From assembly GCA_023253175.1 (NCBI GenBank), contig JALRHH010000001.1, positions 236,020 to 300,019 of the forward strand: 64,000 nt of DNA, written 5' to 3'. This DNA comes from Candidatus Saccharimonadia bacterium (GTDB lineage Bacteria > Patescibacteriota > Saccharimonadia > Saccharimonadales > JALRHH01). Both the position numbers and the translations under genes were made by a program. Of the stretch, positions 1 through 8,640 are shown one piece after another; the stretch's first letter is position 1, and each line of letters opens with the position of its first letter. The notes under the pieces were generated by a model. The model was given only the letters and a program-made list of their open reading frames with translations. It made no database searches and had not been told where the DNA came from.

Positions 1-219
1 TGCCGACGCGTCGTCCCGTAGGAGTTAGTTCATATTCACCGTTTTGATTTTTGACGACCAATCCAGTTGCAATCACTTTTTTCAGATGATAATCAAACAG
101 CTTATTTTCAATATCATCTGGCTTTAGGTCACTGAATCGCATACTCGGCGTCAGCGCCAAATTATAAACAATATTTTTCTGAATATAATGATCAAGCATG
201 CTGGTAGTATAGCCAAGGC

Positions 220-912
220 CTACGAAGCTGTATAGAGATTCATTACTGTGAAGAATATAGCGGGACGGATAACACGATCATAGTGCTCAAGATCGTCTTC
301 GGTCTGAAGAGAAAACGGCTCATCTACAAGTTTAGGAATAGCCGGATCAGTGAGCGAAGCGATTGTGTATAGCTCGCACACTGAAAGATCTAGATTGGAA
401 CCCAGTACAAGCGTATTAGGACTTACCTCCGGTATGTCTGCAAACATCTGCACGCATCTGCTACAAGGCGGCAGTGTTGCATGCATGTTCGGATTTGCGT
501 CATCATCAAAAGGGTCGGCGTAAACACTAATTCCGATAACCTTATTAAGCCCGCGTGACCTACCTTTTGCAATAGCAACTTGCTCGGCATGAAGATTCAG
601 CGAACTTGTGCCTGTTTCGGGCTTAACATTAAACCCATCAAATAGTCCGAATTGACCCAACTCAAAATTGAACATAACCGCACTTGCTCCAACATTATAG
701 TTTCGCCATGATAATGCGCGTCCAGAACTATCTTTTGCTCTATCGGCAGCATGTACCAGCTTAGACAAGGCTCCTACTGCTGTTCTTGCTTCTAGAGTTT
801 CTGGCGGTCCGGAGTAAATTTCTCCGCGTAGCGTGGGACTGTCGTGGACATATTCACCAGCACCCAGTGTCAAAAAAGCTGCAGGAACAGCGTCAATGAT
901 ATCGGTCTTCAT
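220..912 (-). CDS. Cytidine-deaminase-like zinc-dependent deaminase (divergent, orphan)
   Basis: Motifs SWRNYNVGA, LHAEQ (HxE) and LPPCSRC (PCxxC) match the cytidine deaminase fold; 230 aa with N- and C-terminal extensions. Confidence 0.75.
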   Translation of the reverse strand: MKTDIIDAVPAAFLTLGAGEYVHDSPTLRGEIYSGPPETLEARTAVGALSKLVHAADRAKDSSGRALSWRNYNVGASAVMFNFELGQFGLFDGFNVKPETGTSSLNLHAEQVAIAKGRSRGLNKVIGISVYADPFDDDANPNMHATLPPCSRCVQMFADIPEVSPNTLVLGSNLDLSVCELYTIASLTDPAIPKLVDEPFSLQTEDDLEHYDRVIRPAIFFTVMNLYTAS

Positions 913-981
913 GGCGCTATTAAAATAAAATATTGTCTACGGAGCAAGCATCAGCGGAATGACAGTGCAATAACATATGCA

Positions 982-1392
982 CTACTGTGCGCTTGGAATA
1001 TTCTCGCATCCACGTTTGATCAAAAAGGAAGCCGTTTTACTGTCGCCAGGGCCGTACCAACCATTGTCTACTTCGGTAATAAAGAGTACTGAGGTTTTGT
1101 GTGCATTGGCGTCTTTGGGCATGATGCGTACTGTATCTGTGTCACCGATTTTAATGAAGTCGATAACTGCGCCGTCACTCTCGTCGTAGGTTGTATTGTT
1201 TAGGCATCTACCGTTTGCTGTAAAGTTTTCTTTGACAGCCTGGATTGCACGATCTTGCTTTTCTTCTGCGTGCGAATAGACCATCGAAACAGCTATGCCG
1301 CCTACGCCAGCCGCAATCGCGTATCGAATGACAAAGCTTTCTGCTTGCTTGGCTCGTTCGACTGCATATTTCTTCAGACTAAATTCACTCAT
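982..1392 (-). CDS. Hypothetical protein with one N-terminal TM segment
   Basis: ORF track 982..1416; ATG at 1392 (MSEFSLKK) preferred; hydrophobic stretch YAIAAGVGGIAVSMVY. Confidence 0.6.
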   Translation of the reverse strand: MSEFSLKKYAVERAKQAESFVIRYAIAAGVGGIAVSMVYSHAEEKQDRAIQAVKENFTANGRCLNNTTYDESDGAVIDFIKIGDTDTVRIMPKDANAHKTSVLFITEVDNGWYGPGDSKTASFLIKRGCENIPSAQ

Positions 1393-1623
1393 GAAAAATA
1401 ATAATGACACCCCCAAGAGCTAATTGCAAGAATCGCGCTACACGGTAATCATGCTCGAGCTTGTAATATGACAGTATGCGCTACACGCTTATTTTGAGTG
1501 CCCACTAAAGATACTCCCATAGTTAGTGGTTGATTATACGAACGACTTGTTACCTGATAAATTAAGAAGTAAGGCTTGCAGAATAATTACTTAGGATCAA
1601 TAATTATTCAAAAGAGGAAGATT

Positions 1624-2271
1624 ATGTCAGAAACATTTGTACCTAGGCCAGAATCAGCTCAAGAGCCGATATCTCTTGAGGAACTACTAGTTGACGCAGA
1701 TAACTATACTCAAGATGTATTAGAATACAGCATTATTCGATCTAAGAAGGATCTTATTCAGAACTGGCGCGCAGATGCCGAAAAGCTCACCGAAGATAGA
1801 CTCTTGCGTATTGTTGCTACAGAAGCTACATTTCCAGACGAAGAAACCATTGAGCTAATGCGTAGGCAGAAAGAAGAAGCGGACAAGGTATTGCGGGAAA
1901 AGTACAACATTAGCCAGTCGGCTGATCTTGATGTATTTTCTAAGATTGTCTCTGTTTTTGCCGCCAGTAGAGGTAATCAACTTGATAGTGAAGACAGGGC
2001 ACTAAGCCCTGGTGACATTGGTGAAAGCTTACCTAAATGTTTCGTAGCAGTCAGGGAGCTAGCGCGGCTCAGGCAACGGTCGTACGTAGTGGCGGGTAAT
2101 TATTTTTCTACAATATATCCATCTGTAAGTGCAGACAGTGATGTGACCGCACTCCTTTTTGAGGGGCGCCAAGAGGACACACATTGGCTCGAAAGAATTG
2201 CTGCCGATGAATTCTATGCGGACCTAAGGGGTGTAGCTATTGAGGATATTGATCAGTTTTATGAGGGGTAG
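1624..2271 (+). CDS. Hypothetical acidic protein
   Basis: ORF track 1576..2271; ATG at 1624 follows GAGGAAG; no recognisable motif. Confidence 0.65.
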   Translation: MSETFVPRPESAQEPISLEELLVDADNYTQDVLEYSIIRSKKDLIQNWRADAEKLTEDRLLRIVATEATFPDEETIELMRRQKEEADKVLREKYNISQSADLDVFSKIVSVFAASRGNQLDSEDRALSPGDIGESLPKCFVAVRELARLRQRSYVVAGNYFSTIYPSVSADSDVTALLFEGRQEDTHWLERIAADEFYADLRGVAIEDIDQFYEG

Positions 2272-2280
2272 GGGCGCCTT

Positions 2281-2430
2281 ACATAGCCTCTCCTGTAAAC
2301 CCTGCTCGTAAGACAGGGCCTCGCTGCGCTCGCGCATTTCGTCATGCTCGATGTAAGACATCTGCGCGTGACTTCATTGGCGTCGAACCTCTGCTGCGCA
2401 GTATCGGTTCGAATCTAGTCATCCAGACAA
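2281..2430. repeat. Palindrome-rich tRNA-tail element (originally downstream of tRNA-Trp)
   Basis: GC-rich short inverted repeats (ccctg..caggg, gatgtaagacatc) and a T-loop-like GGTTCGAATC antisense to the tRNA; similar in layout to 53723-53904. Confidence 0.45.
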
Positions 2431-2464
2431 GAAAAAACGACCTACCTATGGCAGATCGTTTCTT
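2431..2464 (-). terminator. Intrinsic terminator of tRNA-Trp, displaced by the integrated element
   Basis: Hairpin AAACGACCTACC-TAT-GGCAGATCGTTT with a U-tract on the minus strand, directly next to the attL copy of the tRNA 3' end. Confidence 0.7.
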
Positions 2465-2473
2465 CATGGCAGG
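2460..2473. repeat. attL, a copy of the tRNA-Trp 3' end junction
   Basis: TTCTTCATGGCAGG versus TTCTTTATGGCAGG at 14271-14284 (13/14; identical core ATGGCAGG); ACAGGACT and GCAACC downstream also echo the tRNA. Confidence 0.8.
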
Positions 2474-2582
2474 ACATACAGGACTTGTTTCGCAACCGCA
2501 CTTTGCCAATTCTCGACTTTAATCTACCGCTAGCTAAGGACATACTGCAACGCCACGCCTTAGCCTATGATTTAGAGTAAGC

Positions 2583-3008
2583 CTATTCAGCCAGTGATTG
2601 TAATAGTTTTAATTCGTGGACTAGTTGGTCGGGGTACTTTGCTAAGTCAATCTCAATCCAAGAGTTAAAAGCATTATGTTCATTTAGGGCTAAGCGTTCT
2701 CCGCTATAACAATCGTCGTCAAACCATAGAAAGGGTGTATTGAAGTCGATAGCCTCTGTTTTTGCTAATCCCCAAGTAACTGGCTTAAACTTCTCTAGAT
2801 ACGGTCGTAAATCATCATCAGTTGCTCGCAAAACGTATTCTATTGCGTGAGCTGTAGTGCCGTCCATACAGTGAGTAGTAAGCCAATACACCTCGAAGTT
2901 GTCTACTGCATACTTGATAAACTCGCTCGCACCAATTGCGAGGTTTTCCTCATTTGCTAGTAGGACACCGTCAATATCCAAGTACAGTCTAGGTTTCATA
3001 TTTACCAT
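2583..3008 (-). CDS. HAD-superfamily small phosphatase-like protein
   Basis: LYLDIDGVL (DxDGV motif I), WLTT (motif II), LWFDD (motif IV). Confidence 0.75.
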   Translation of the reverse strand: MVNMKPRLYLDIDGVLLANEENLAIGASEFIKYAVDNFEVYWLTTHCMDGTTAHAIEYVLRATDDDLRPYLEKFKPVTWGLAKTEAIDFNTPFLWFDDDCYSGERLALNEHNAFNSWIEIDLAKYPDQLVHELKLLQSLAE

Positions 3009-3029
3009 TATAAAGGCAGGGAGACACCC

Positions 3030-3240
3030 CCCCTACCTACTAAGTTTGCTTATTTTAGAACGACCATAAACGCACTACCTACCTACATTTTTGTCGCTAT
3101 CAAAAAATGGTTTGTTTTGCCCATTTCACCCAACAAAATCGAACAGGGGTGGACACAAAAATATCGCCCAACAATCAAAAAAGCTCACAACAGAGGTAGG
3201 TAGTTATAAGATTGTTGGATAAAATGCTAGTTTGTTGGGA
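3030..3240. repeat. Iteron-like non-coding region (candidate origin of the element)
   Basis: CTACCTAC at 3033 and 3075-3086 with an inverted copy at 3195-3203; CCCAACAA at 3129 and 3167 with inverted copies at 3212 and 3232. Confidence 0.45.
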
Positions 3241-3468
3241 CTATCTGCCTTGCTCATTACGAATATTCGTATTTGCAAACCCTCGTTTAGCCATAGCCTC
3301 GTCAAAAGTTTTGTCCATATAGAATAGGTCGCCGAGCCAGCCCATCAGTAAGTAGTTAGCACTAATACTTCGTCCGATTGCACCCTTGCCGTTGCCGAGA
3401 TACCAGCGGTTAATCGGTAGTATGAAACTACAGGCAGTTAGTATTTTGTATGTTTTTCGGTCTTTCAT
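3241..3468 (-). CDS. Small TM2-domain-like membrane protein
   Basis: INRWYLG...G...GWLGDL resembles the TM2 consensus (HRFYLG...GWLxDL); GAGG RBS upstream. Confidence 0.55.
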   Translation of the reverse strand: MKDRKTYKILTACSFILPINRWYLGNGKGAIGRSISANYLLMGWLGDLFYMDKTFDEAMAKRGFANTNIRNEQGR

Positions 3469-3518
3469 TTAAGCGTTCCTCGCTTTAGTTGATATGACCG
3501 TTGAAAATGCTCTAAATA

Positions 3519-3680
3519 AAAAGGGACACCGCCAACGGGTGTCTAGCCTGTTTGTTCCGCAATAAGTTTTAGCTTACTGTTTCGGGCGATGCCCCTTTCT
3601 AAAGCTAAAAATCATTACGGCAAAAAAAGCCGAGTGATGGTTATTGCGTATTAAACAAGCTAGACAATCTGATTATATCA
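3519..3680 (-). promoter_or_regulatory. Extended -10 promoter and structured leader / attenuator-like RNA
   Basis: TGATATAAT on the minus strand near 3672-3680; competing stems GTCTAGCTTGTTT/AAACAGGCTAGAC and AAGGGGCATCGCC/GGCGGTGTCCCTT followed by a U-run. Confidence 0.55.
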
Positions 3681-3710
3681 AAAACAAGACAAATCTAATT
3701 TAGTAAGTGG

Positions 3711-5873
3711 CTATTTAGAGCCCAGGGTACTAACTCTATTGTATAAGTCCTTTAACTCGACATCGGACATATCGAGGATAGGCTCGTACATAAACGAGTT
3801 GATGTGTATATTCTGTGGCGTAATAAGATTAACTTTCTTGATAACGGCAATCTCTTCGTCTTTTGTAGGATTATCTGTAATGTACCTATCAGCTAGTTTA
3901 GCGGTTTGGTTTTTTGAGATTGACTCGACAAAAGCAGTATCGTTAATCTCGTTAATCATAAACTTCTCAGCCTTTAATCTAATTGCTACTGAAAGTACGA
4001 TTTTATTCTCAAGACCAAGAGAGCCGTTTTTGGATAGTAGAGTATCGGCGGTTTCCGTGAATAGGTCGGCAACAATCTTGTTCTCGTCAGATACTGTAAC
4101 GTCTTTGTTGAAGACGTCTTTGATAATATCTTTTACATTTTTAATGGTTATGGTTTCAGTATCTTTTTTGATATGTAAAGTAGAGGTTAGTAGGGTAAAG
4201 TCTGGGGCGTCCTCGCCTTTTGTGTACTCCACGATGTTGCGTACAAATGGTATTAGAGCTAATAGCTTAGCGTTCTCGGCTGTATTTTCTAGGAAATGCT
4301 TAAACGGATTGTTAATATACTCAGCCACAACTAGGTCGATACCGTCAGTCTTTTTATTGACCATTAGACAGTGCTTGTATGGTACGTATCGGCTCTGAAT
4401 TGTCCTAAAGAAGTCGAAGTTATGAGTTAGTATTATCTGGTAAAAGTTGTCTAGCTCAGCCGTGTCTTTTAAGTACTCGATAATTGCGTACTTATTTTTA
4501 TAGTCAAATGAGTCAGCGATATCATCAACGATTAAAAGTGTCTCCTCGCCTAAATCTTTCCTTGCCTCTATTTCAAACAGTACATTTAGTATGTAGAGTG
4601 CCTTTCGTTCGCCCGTACTCAGGACTTGTAGTAGCTCGTCTCGCTTGACGAGCTTTTTACTCTCCTCGTCTCTAAACTCGAAACTCAGTGAGGGAAGTAA
4701 GCCGTCTAGAATAACGTCGCTTTGATTTTCGACGCTCAATACAAACGGAACATTAAAGCGTGAGTTAAACACATCTACAACCTCAGCCCACCTAGTACGT
4801 TCTTGGTTGGCTTGCTCACGTATATCGTCTAATTCTTTCTTTGCGTCATTATGGGCTGTAATTAGGTTGTTAAAATCAGCTAGGCAAACCTTAAAGTAGT
4901 CTATCCAAATACGTTGCTTGAAGTAGTTGATATTAGCCAGTTCGGGTATAAGCTCTTTATGCTCGGTAATGTAATCCCTAAACTCTCGAACCTCGTTATT
5001 GCTAGTTAGTTTCTTATCTAACTTATCGAAAGCTTTACGAAGTTTCTCGTCTTTGAGTATCTCCTGTAGTTCGTCCTCGATAACTTTCTTTAGGTCAGCC
5101 TCAGAACTAATCTCACTTTTGGCAGTACCGTCAGAGAACGAGACAGTATGTGAGGCGTCAAAAAAGCCGTTTTGTACTAATGTTTTGGCGATTGTAGAGG
5201 CGTTGGTATGGTTGAATACGCCTTTACGAAAATATTTGGACTGTTCAACAAGTTCGTCATAGCGAGTTATATACTCGTTTAGGTCAGCTTGCACTGCCTT
5301 ATCCGACAGGAGCTTAACGACTTTTTCGTTAAAAAGTTTGCTGTACGAAACCTCGTTTAAAACAGGGTCTTTACCGTCGTTAACTTCTTTTTCAACACGC
5401 TGTACCGCCTCAAGAAACTTACCCTTAGTACTCATTATGACCTCGGATACTTCGTCGTCTATCCCTTTTGCTAGACCAGAGGGGGCTTTAAGTTTCTTTA
5501 CCAATTCGTCCTCTAGAGTTTTGATATTGAGCCAGATTTTGTCGTACTTATCCTTTAGCTCTTTATTTACCAATAATGTAGACGTTCTGCCAGAGGCGTA
5601 ATTTTCGTCGTATGGCTTTACTACGAAAACAGCACCAGAATCTAGCTCATTACCGTTTTCATCTGTTATCTCTCTGACCGTCTCACGCTCTGTAAAAATC
5701 ATATCTTTAGAGTCGTTACCGTCGCCGAAATCTCCAAAAGTCTTAGTAAATGACGTTTTCATCGAGCCATTAGTGGCGTAAATTGAGTACGTCTTTGTTT
5801 TATCGAAGTCAAACGTATGTTCAAGCTTCCTTATGCCGTAAGTGTTCTCTAGCTTGATGTTGAGCTTTTTCAT
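3711..5873 (-). CDS. ABC-type ATPase with coiled-coil insert (AAA_13 / PrrC-RloC-like architecture), putative defence protein
   Basis: Variant Walker A YATNGSMKTS, signature LSTGERK, Walker B LLIVDDIADSFD, H-loop LTHN; long coiled coil; ~230 aa C-terminal domain; next to an RM system. Confidence 0.75.
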   Translation of the reverse strand: MKKLNIKLENTYGIRKLEHTFDFDKTKTYSIYATNGSMKTSFTKTFGDFGDGNDSKDMIFTERETVREITDENGNELDSGAVFVVKPYDENYASGRTSTLLVNKELKDKYDKIWLNIKTLEDELVKKLKAPSGLAKGIDDEVSEVIMSTKGKFLEAVQRVEKEVNDGKDPVLNEVSYSKLFNEKVVKLLSDKAVQADLNEYITRYDELVEQSKYFRKGVFNHTNASTIAKTLVQNGFFDASHTVSFSDGTAKSEISSEADLKKVIEDELQEILKDEKLRKAFDKLDKKLTSNNEVREFRDYITEHKELIPELANINYFKQRIWIDYFKVCLADFNNLITAHNDAKKELDDIREQANQERTRWAEVVDVFNSRFNVPFVLSVENQSDVILDGLLPSLSFEFRDEESKKLVKRDELLQVLSTGERKALYILNVLFEIEARKDLGEETLLIVDDIADSFDYKNKYAIIEYLKDTAELDNFYQIILTHNFDFFRTIQSRYVPYKHCLMVNKKTDGIDLVVAEYINNPFKHFLENTAENAKLLALIPFVRNIVEYTKGEDAPDFTLLTSTLHIKKDTETITIKNVKDIIKDVFNKDVTVSDENKIVADLFTETADTLLSKNGSLGLENKIVLSVAIRLKAEKFMINEINDTAFVESISKNQTAKLADRYITDNPTKDEEIAVIKKVNLITPQNIHINSFMYEPILDMSDVELKDLYNRVSTLGSK

Positions 5874-5983
5874 TAACTTTATTATACCCGATTTTGACGC
5901 CGTATTATTGTTATGCTTGAGCTTTTTGTGTAATATAATGGTAGGAAATGTTAAGTCAAAGGGTATGAGGAAAAATTAAAGAC

Positions 5984-7210
5984 GTGGACGACCTATTAAC
6001 TATTAGTGAAGCTTGCGACATCTTGAAAGTCCACCCTAACACACTTAGAAATTGGGACAACCAAGGCGTACTAAAGGCTAAGAAAATTGGGACAAAGGGC
6101 GTAAGGCGTTATTCAAAAGACGACTTGTCGAACTTTATTAACAAAACATCGGCTAGCTATCGACCACGGGTATTGGACTTATTCTCTGGTTGCGGTGGGC
6201 TTTCTTATGGTCTAGCTAAGGCTGGCTTTGATATTGTTGCTGGCGTTGATAATTGGGCAGACGCTTTAGTTACCTTTGAGCGTAACCACCCAGGAGCTAA
6301 ATCGGCACTTGTGGATTTGGGTAACTTTGACCCTGACGATATAGAAAAAATTGCTGGTTCTGATATAGACGTTGTTGTAGGTGGCCCGCCTTGCCAAGGC
6401 TTTTCTATCTCTGGTAAACGCAATCCTGACGACCCTCGAAATAAGCTCTACATAGGGTTTGTAGGTGTTGTAGCTCACTACAAACCAAAAGCCTTTATCT
6501 TGGAAAATGTACCTAATCTTATCTCTATGGCAGGGGGCAAGGTTAAAGACGAAATTATTAAAGAGTTTTCGGCACTAGGGTATAACGTTCAATACAGAGT
6601 GTTACTCGCCTCTGATTACGGAGTGCCCCAAAATCGTAAAAGGGTTGTGTTTGTAGGCGTGAGGGACGACTTAGAGTTTAATTATCCAGTCGCTACTTTT
6701 GCTGACGAAAAGCGTACTACGTCAGACGCAATTTCCGACCTTACGGAAGATAGTCTGGACGAGGGTGCTACCAATAAAAACCCAGCTCTTACTGAGTACC
6801 AGAAAATTATGCGTAAGAATACAGATAGAGTTTTTAATCACGAGATAAGTGAACACAGTGAGCAAACAGTATCTACTATCGCTCTCGTACCCGACGGTGG
6901 TAACTATAAAGATTTACCTGAGCACTTAAAGAATATCCGAAAACGTAATATTGCGTGGACACGCTTTGGTAGCTTTAAGCCGAGCAATACAATAGACACA
7001 GGGCATCGCCACCACTTCCACTACAAGTTTAACCGCATACCAACAGTAAGAGAGTCGGCAAGGCTACAATCTTTCCCTGACGACTTTATATTTTATGGCT
7101 CAAAGACAAGTCAATATAAACAAGTCGGTAATGCCGTGCCACCAATACTCGCAGAGGCTATTGGTCTTGAATTAAAGAAAACACTAGACTCTGCTAAAGG
7201 AGAGGCGTAA
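5984..7210 (+). CDS. DNA (cytosine-5) methyltransferase with N-terminal HTH
   Basis: N-terminal LLTISEACDILKVHPNTLRNWD (HTH_17/MerR-like); motifs DLFSGCGG, GGPPCQGFS, ENV, QxRxR, QVGNAVPP. Confidence 0.95.
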   Translation: MDDLLTISEACDILKVHPNTLRNWDNQGVLKAKKIGTKGVRRYSKDDLSNFINKTSASYRPRVLDLFSGCGGLSYGLAKAGFDIVAGVDNWADALVTFERNHPGAKSALVDLGNFDPDDIEKIAGSDIDVVVGGPPCQGFSISGKRNPDDPRNKLYIGFVGVVAHYKPKAFILENVPNLISMAGGKVKDEIIKEFSALGYNVQYRVLLASDYGVPQNRKRVVFVGVRDDLEFNYPVATFADEKRTTSDAISDLTEDSLDEGATNKNPALTEYQKIMRKNTDRVFNHEISEHSEQTVSTIALVPDGGNYKDLPEHLKNIRKRNIAWTRFGSFKPSNTIDTGHRHHFHYKFNRIPTVRESARLQSFPDDFIFYGSKTSQYKQVGNAVPPILAEAIGLELKKTLDSAKGEA

Positions 7211-8640
7211 TGGCGGAGTATAAGATACCAGAGGAGTTTTACTACAGGATACACCACGCCCGTCCACGCTTTAAGAGCGACGTTGAGAGCGTACTTTTGT
7301 TTATGGCTGGCGAAATATCACGACTTGACCCAGCACCACGTAGCCCTTTTAGGGAGCAACTAAACTCTGCTATTAGGCTTTATCCAGGTAACGGTTCGGC
7401 AACTGAGAAAACTATAGACAACTGGCGAACTGAAATCTCTAGCCTCTTTGGTCTAATTGAACGTGAGGGAGAATTACAAAAAGCCGGACGTATGGCTTTC
7501 TTGCTTAGTGAGAACCAGGATTTAGTAGAGTTCTTTAGGTACTTCCTGTACTACTTCCAGTATCCAGGTGGACATTTGAAGTCTCAAGAGTCCCTAAAAA
7601 TGATTAACGCTGGCATAAAGTTTAAGCCTGCTAAGTACCTAATAGAGGTGTTGATTGAGGGTCAGAAACTAACCGAGGACGGCAAGTTCGGTATCACTAA
7701 AGCCGAGGCAACTCACTGTATCTTTAATGACCTACGTATTACAAGGGACGGTCAATCTCCTAAGATAACGGCGTCTCAAATAATAGCTCGTCAAAAAACG
7801 GGTGTTGAGTACGATAACGATGGCGATGTAACCCGATACGCAGGCGACATCTTAGACTATATGGAGCTAGCCGACCTTGCCCGTCAGCGTCCAAACTACA
7901 AGTACTACCTCAATATGGCTAACCTAGATGTGCTACAAGCTTTCGTATCTAGCGATAACTGGTTTAACTCATACGACGCTCTTTACGGTCAAAAAGACGT
8001 TACGCCTGCTGATGTAGCAGTCTACCTTGAGGATTGGTTCAAGTACGTTAATAACAAGCTCGACTCGACTATATTTGAGGCTAATATCCTCTCTATCATA
8101 GAGGACGCTAGCGAACAGACCACCACAACACCTAAGCAATCAGAGTTTATCGCCGAAGTGCTTGAAAGAATTAGAGCTAAACGAGCGTCTGAGCAGACAA
8201 TTAGGACTAAGGAGATTGGCGACGTTGGCGAGACTATCGTTATAGAACACGAAAAGAACCGCCTTACAAAACTAGACCGTACCGACTTGCTACACCTTAT
8301 CCAAAAGATACCAGAGATTTACGCTGTTGGTTATGACATCGGCTCATACGAGGGCGTAGGCACTACTCGACGCTTTATCGAAGTCAAGACAACCGTCAGT
8401 CGAGGCAAGATACACACCACTAACTTCCATATGACACCTAGTGAGTGGAGTGCGTCAGATACACTGGGTCAAACGTACTTTATCTACCGCCTAGCTATAT
8501 CGTCAGAAAGTGTATCGCTATTTGTAATTCAAGACCCAGTCGGTAAATACAAGCAAAGTCTAGTTGATATGATACCAAGGGACGGAGCTGACATTCGTTA
8601 CACAGAAAAATCAGGAGTATACGAGGAGTTATTGGTATGA
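7210..8640 (+). CDS. Putative restriction endonuclease with C-terminal DUF3883-like PD-(D/E)xK domain
   Basis: IGDVGE...GYDIGSY...RRFIEVKTT...MTPSEW pattern; translationally coupled between two C5 methyltransferases. Confidence 0.8.
   Translation: MAEYKIPEEFYYRIHHARPRFKSDVESVLLFMAGEISRLDPAPRSPFREQLNSAIRLYPGNGSATEKTIDNWRTEISSLFGLIEREGELQKAGRMAFLLSENQDLVEFFRYFLYYFQYPGGHLKSQESLKMINAGIKFKPAKYLIEVLIEGQKLTEDGKFGITKAEATHCIFNDLRITRDGQSPKITASQIIARQKTGVEYDNDGDVTRYAGDILDYMELADLARQRPNYKYYLNMANLDVLQAFVSSDNWFNSYDALYGQKDVTPADVAVYLEDWFKYVNNKLDSTIFEANILSIIEDASEQTTTTPKQSEFIAEVLERIRAKRASEQTIRTKEIGDVGETIVIEHEKNRLTKLDRTDLLHLIQKIPEIYAVGYDIGSYEGVGTTRRFIEVKTTVSRGKIHTTNFHMTPSEWSASDTLGQTYFIYRLAISSESVSLFVIQDPVGKYKQSLVDMIPRDGADIRYTEKSGVYEELLV

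Noticed and set aside
1435..1487. 10 bp direct repeat GCGCTACACG in a divergent intergenic region
   Set aside because: Only two copies, with no further structure; could be chance or a minor operator.
2400..2480. Possible extra tRNA from GGTTCGAATC and the ..CCTGCCA end
   Set aside because: The two motifs are on opposite strands and no cloverleaf forms; better explained as attL plus the tRNA tail element.
3739..5601. Plus-strand ORFs of 219, 87 and 87 aa
   Set aside because: Antisense shadows of the 720 aa ATPase; Ser/Leu/Phe-rich with no RBS or motifs.
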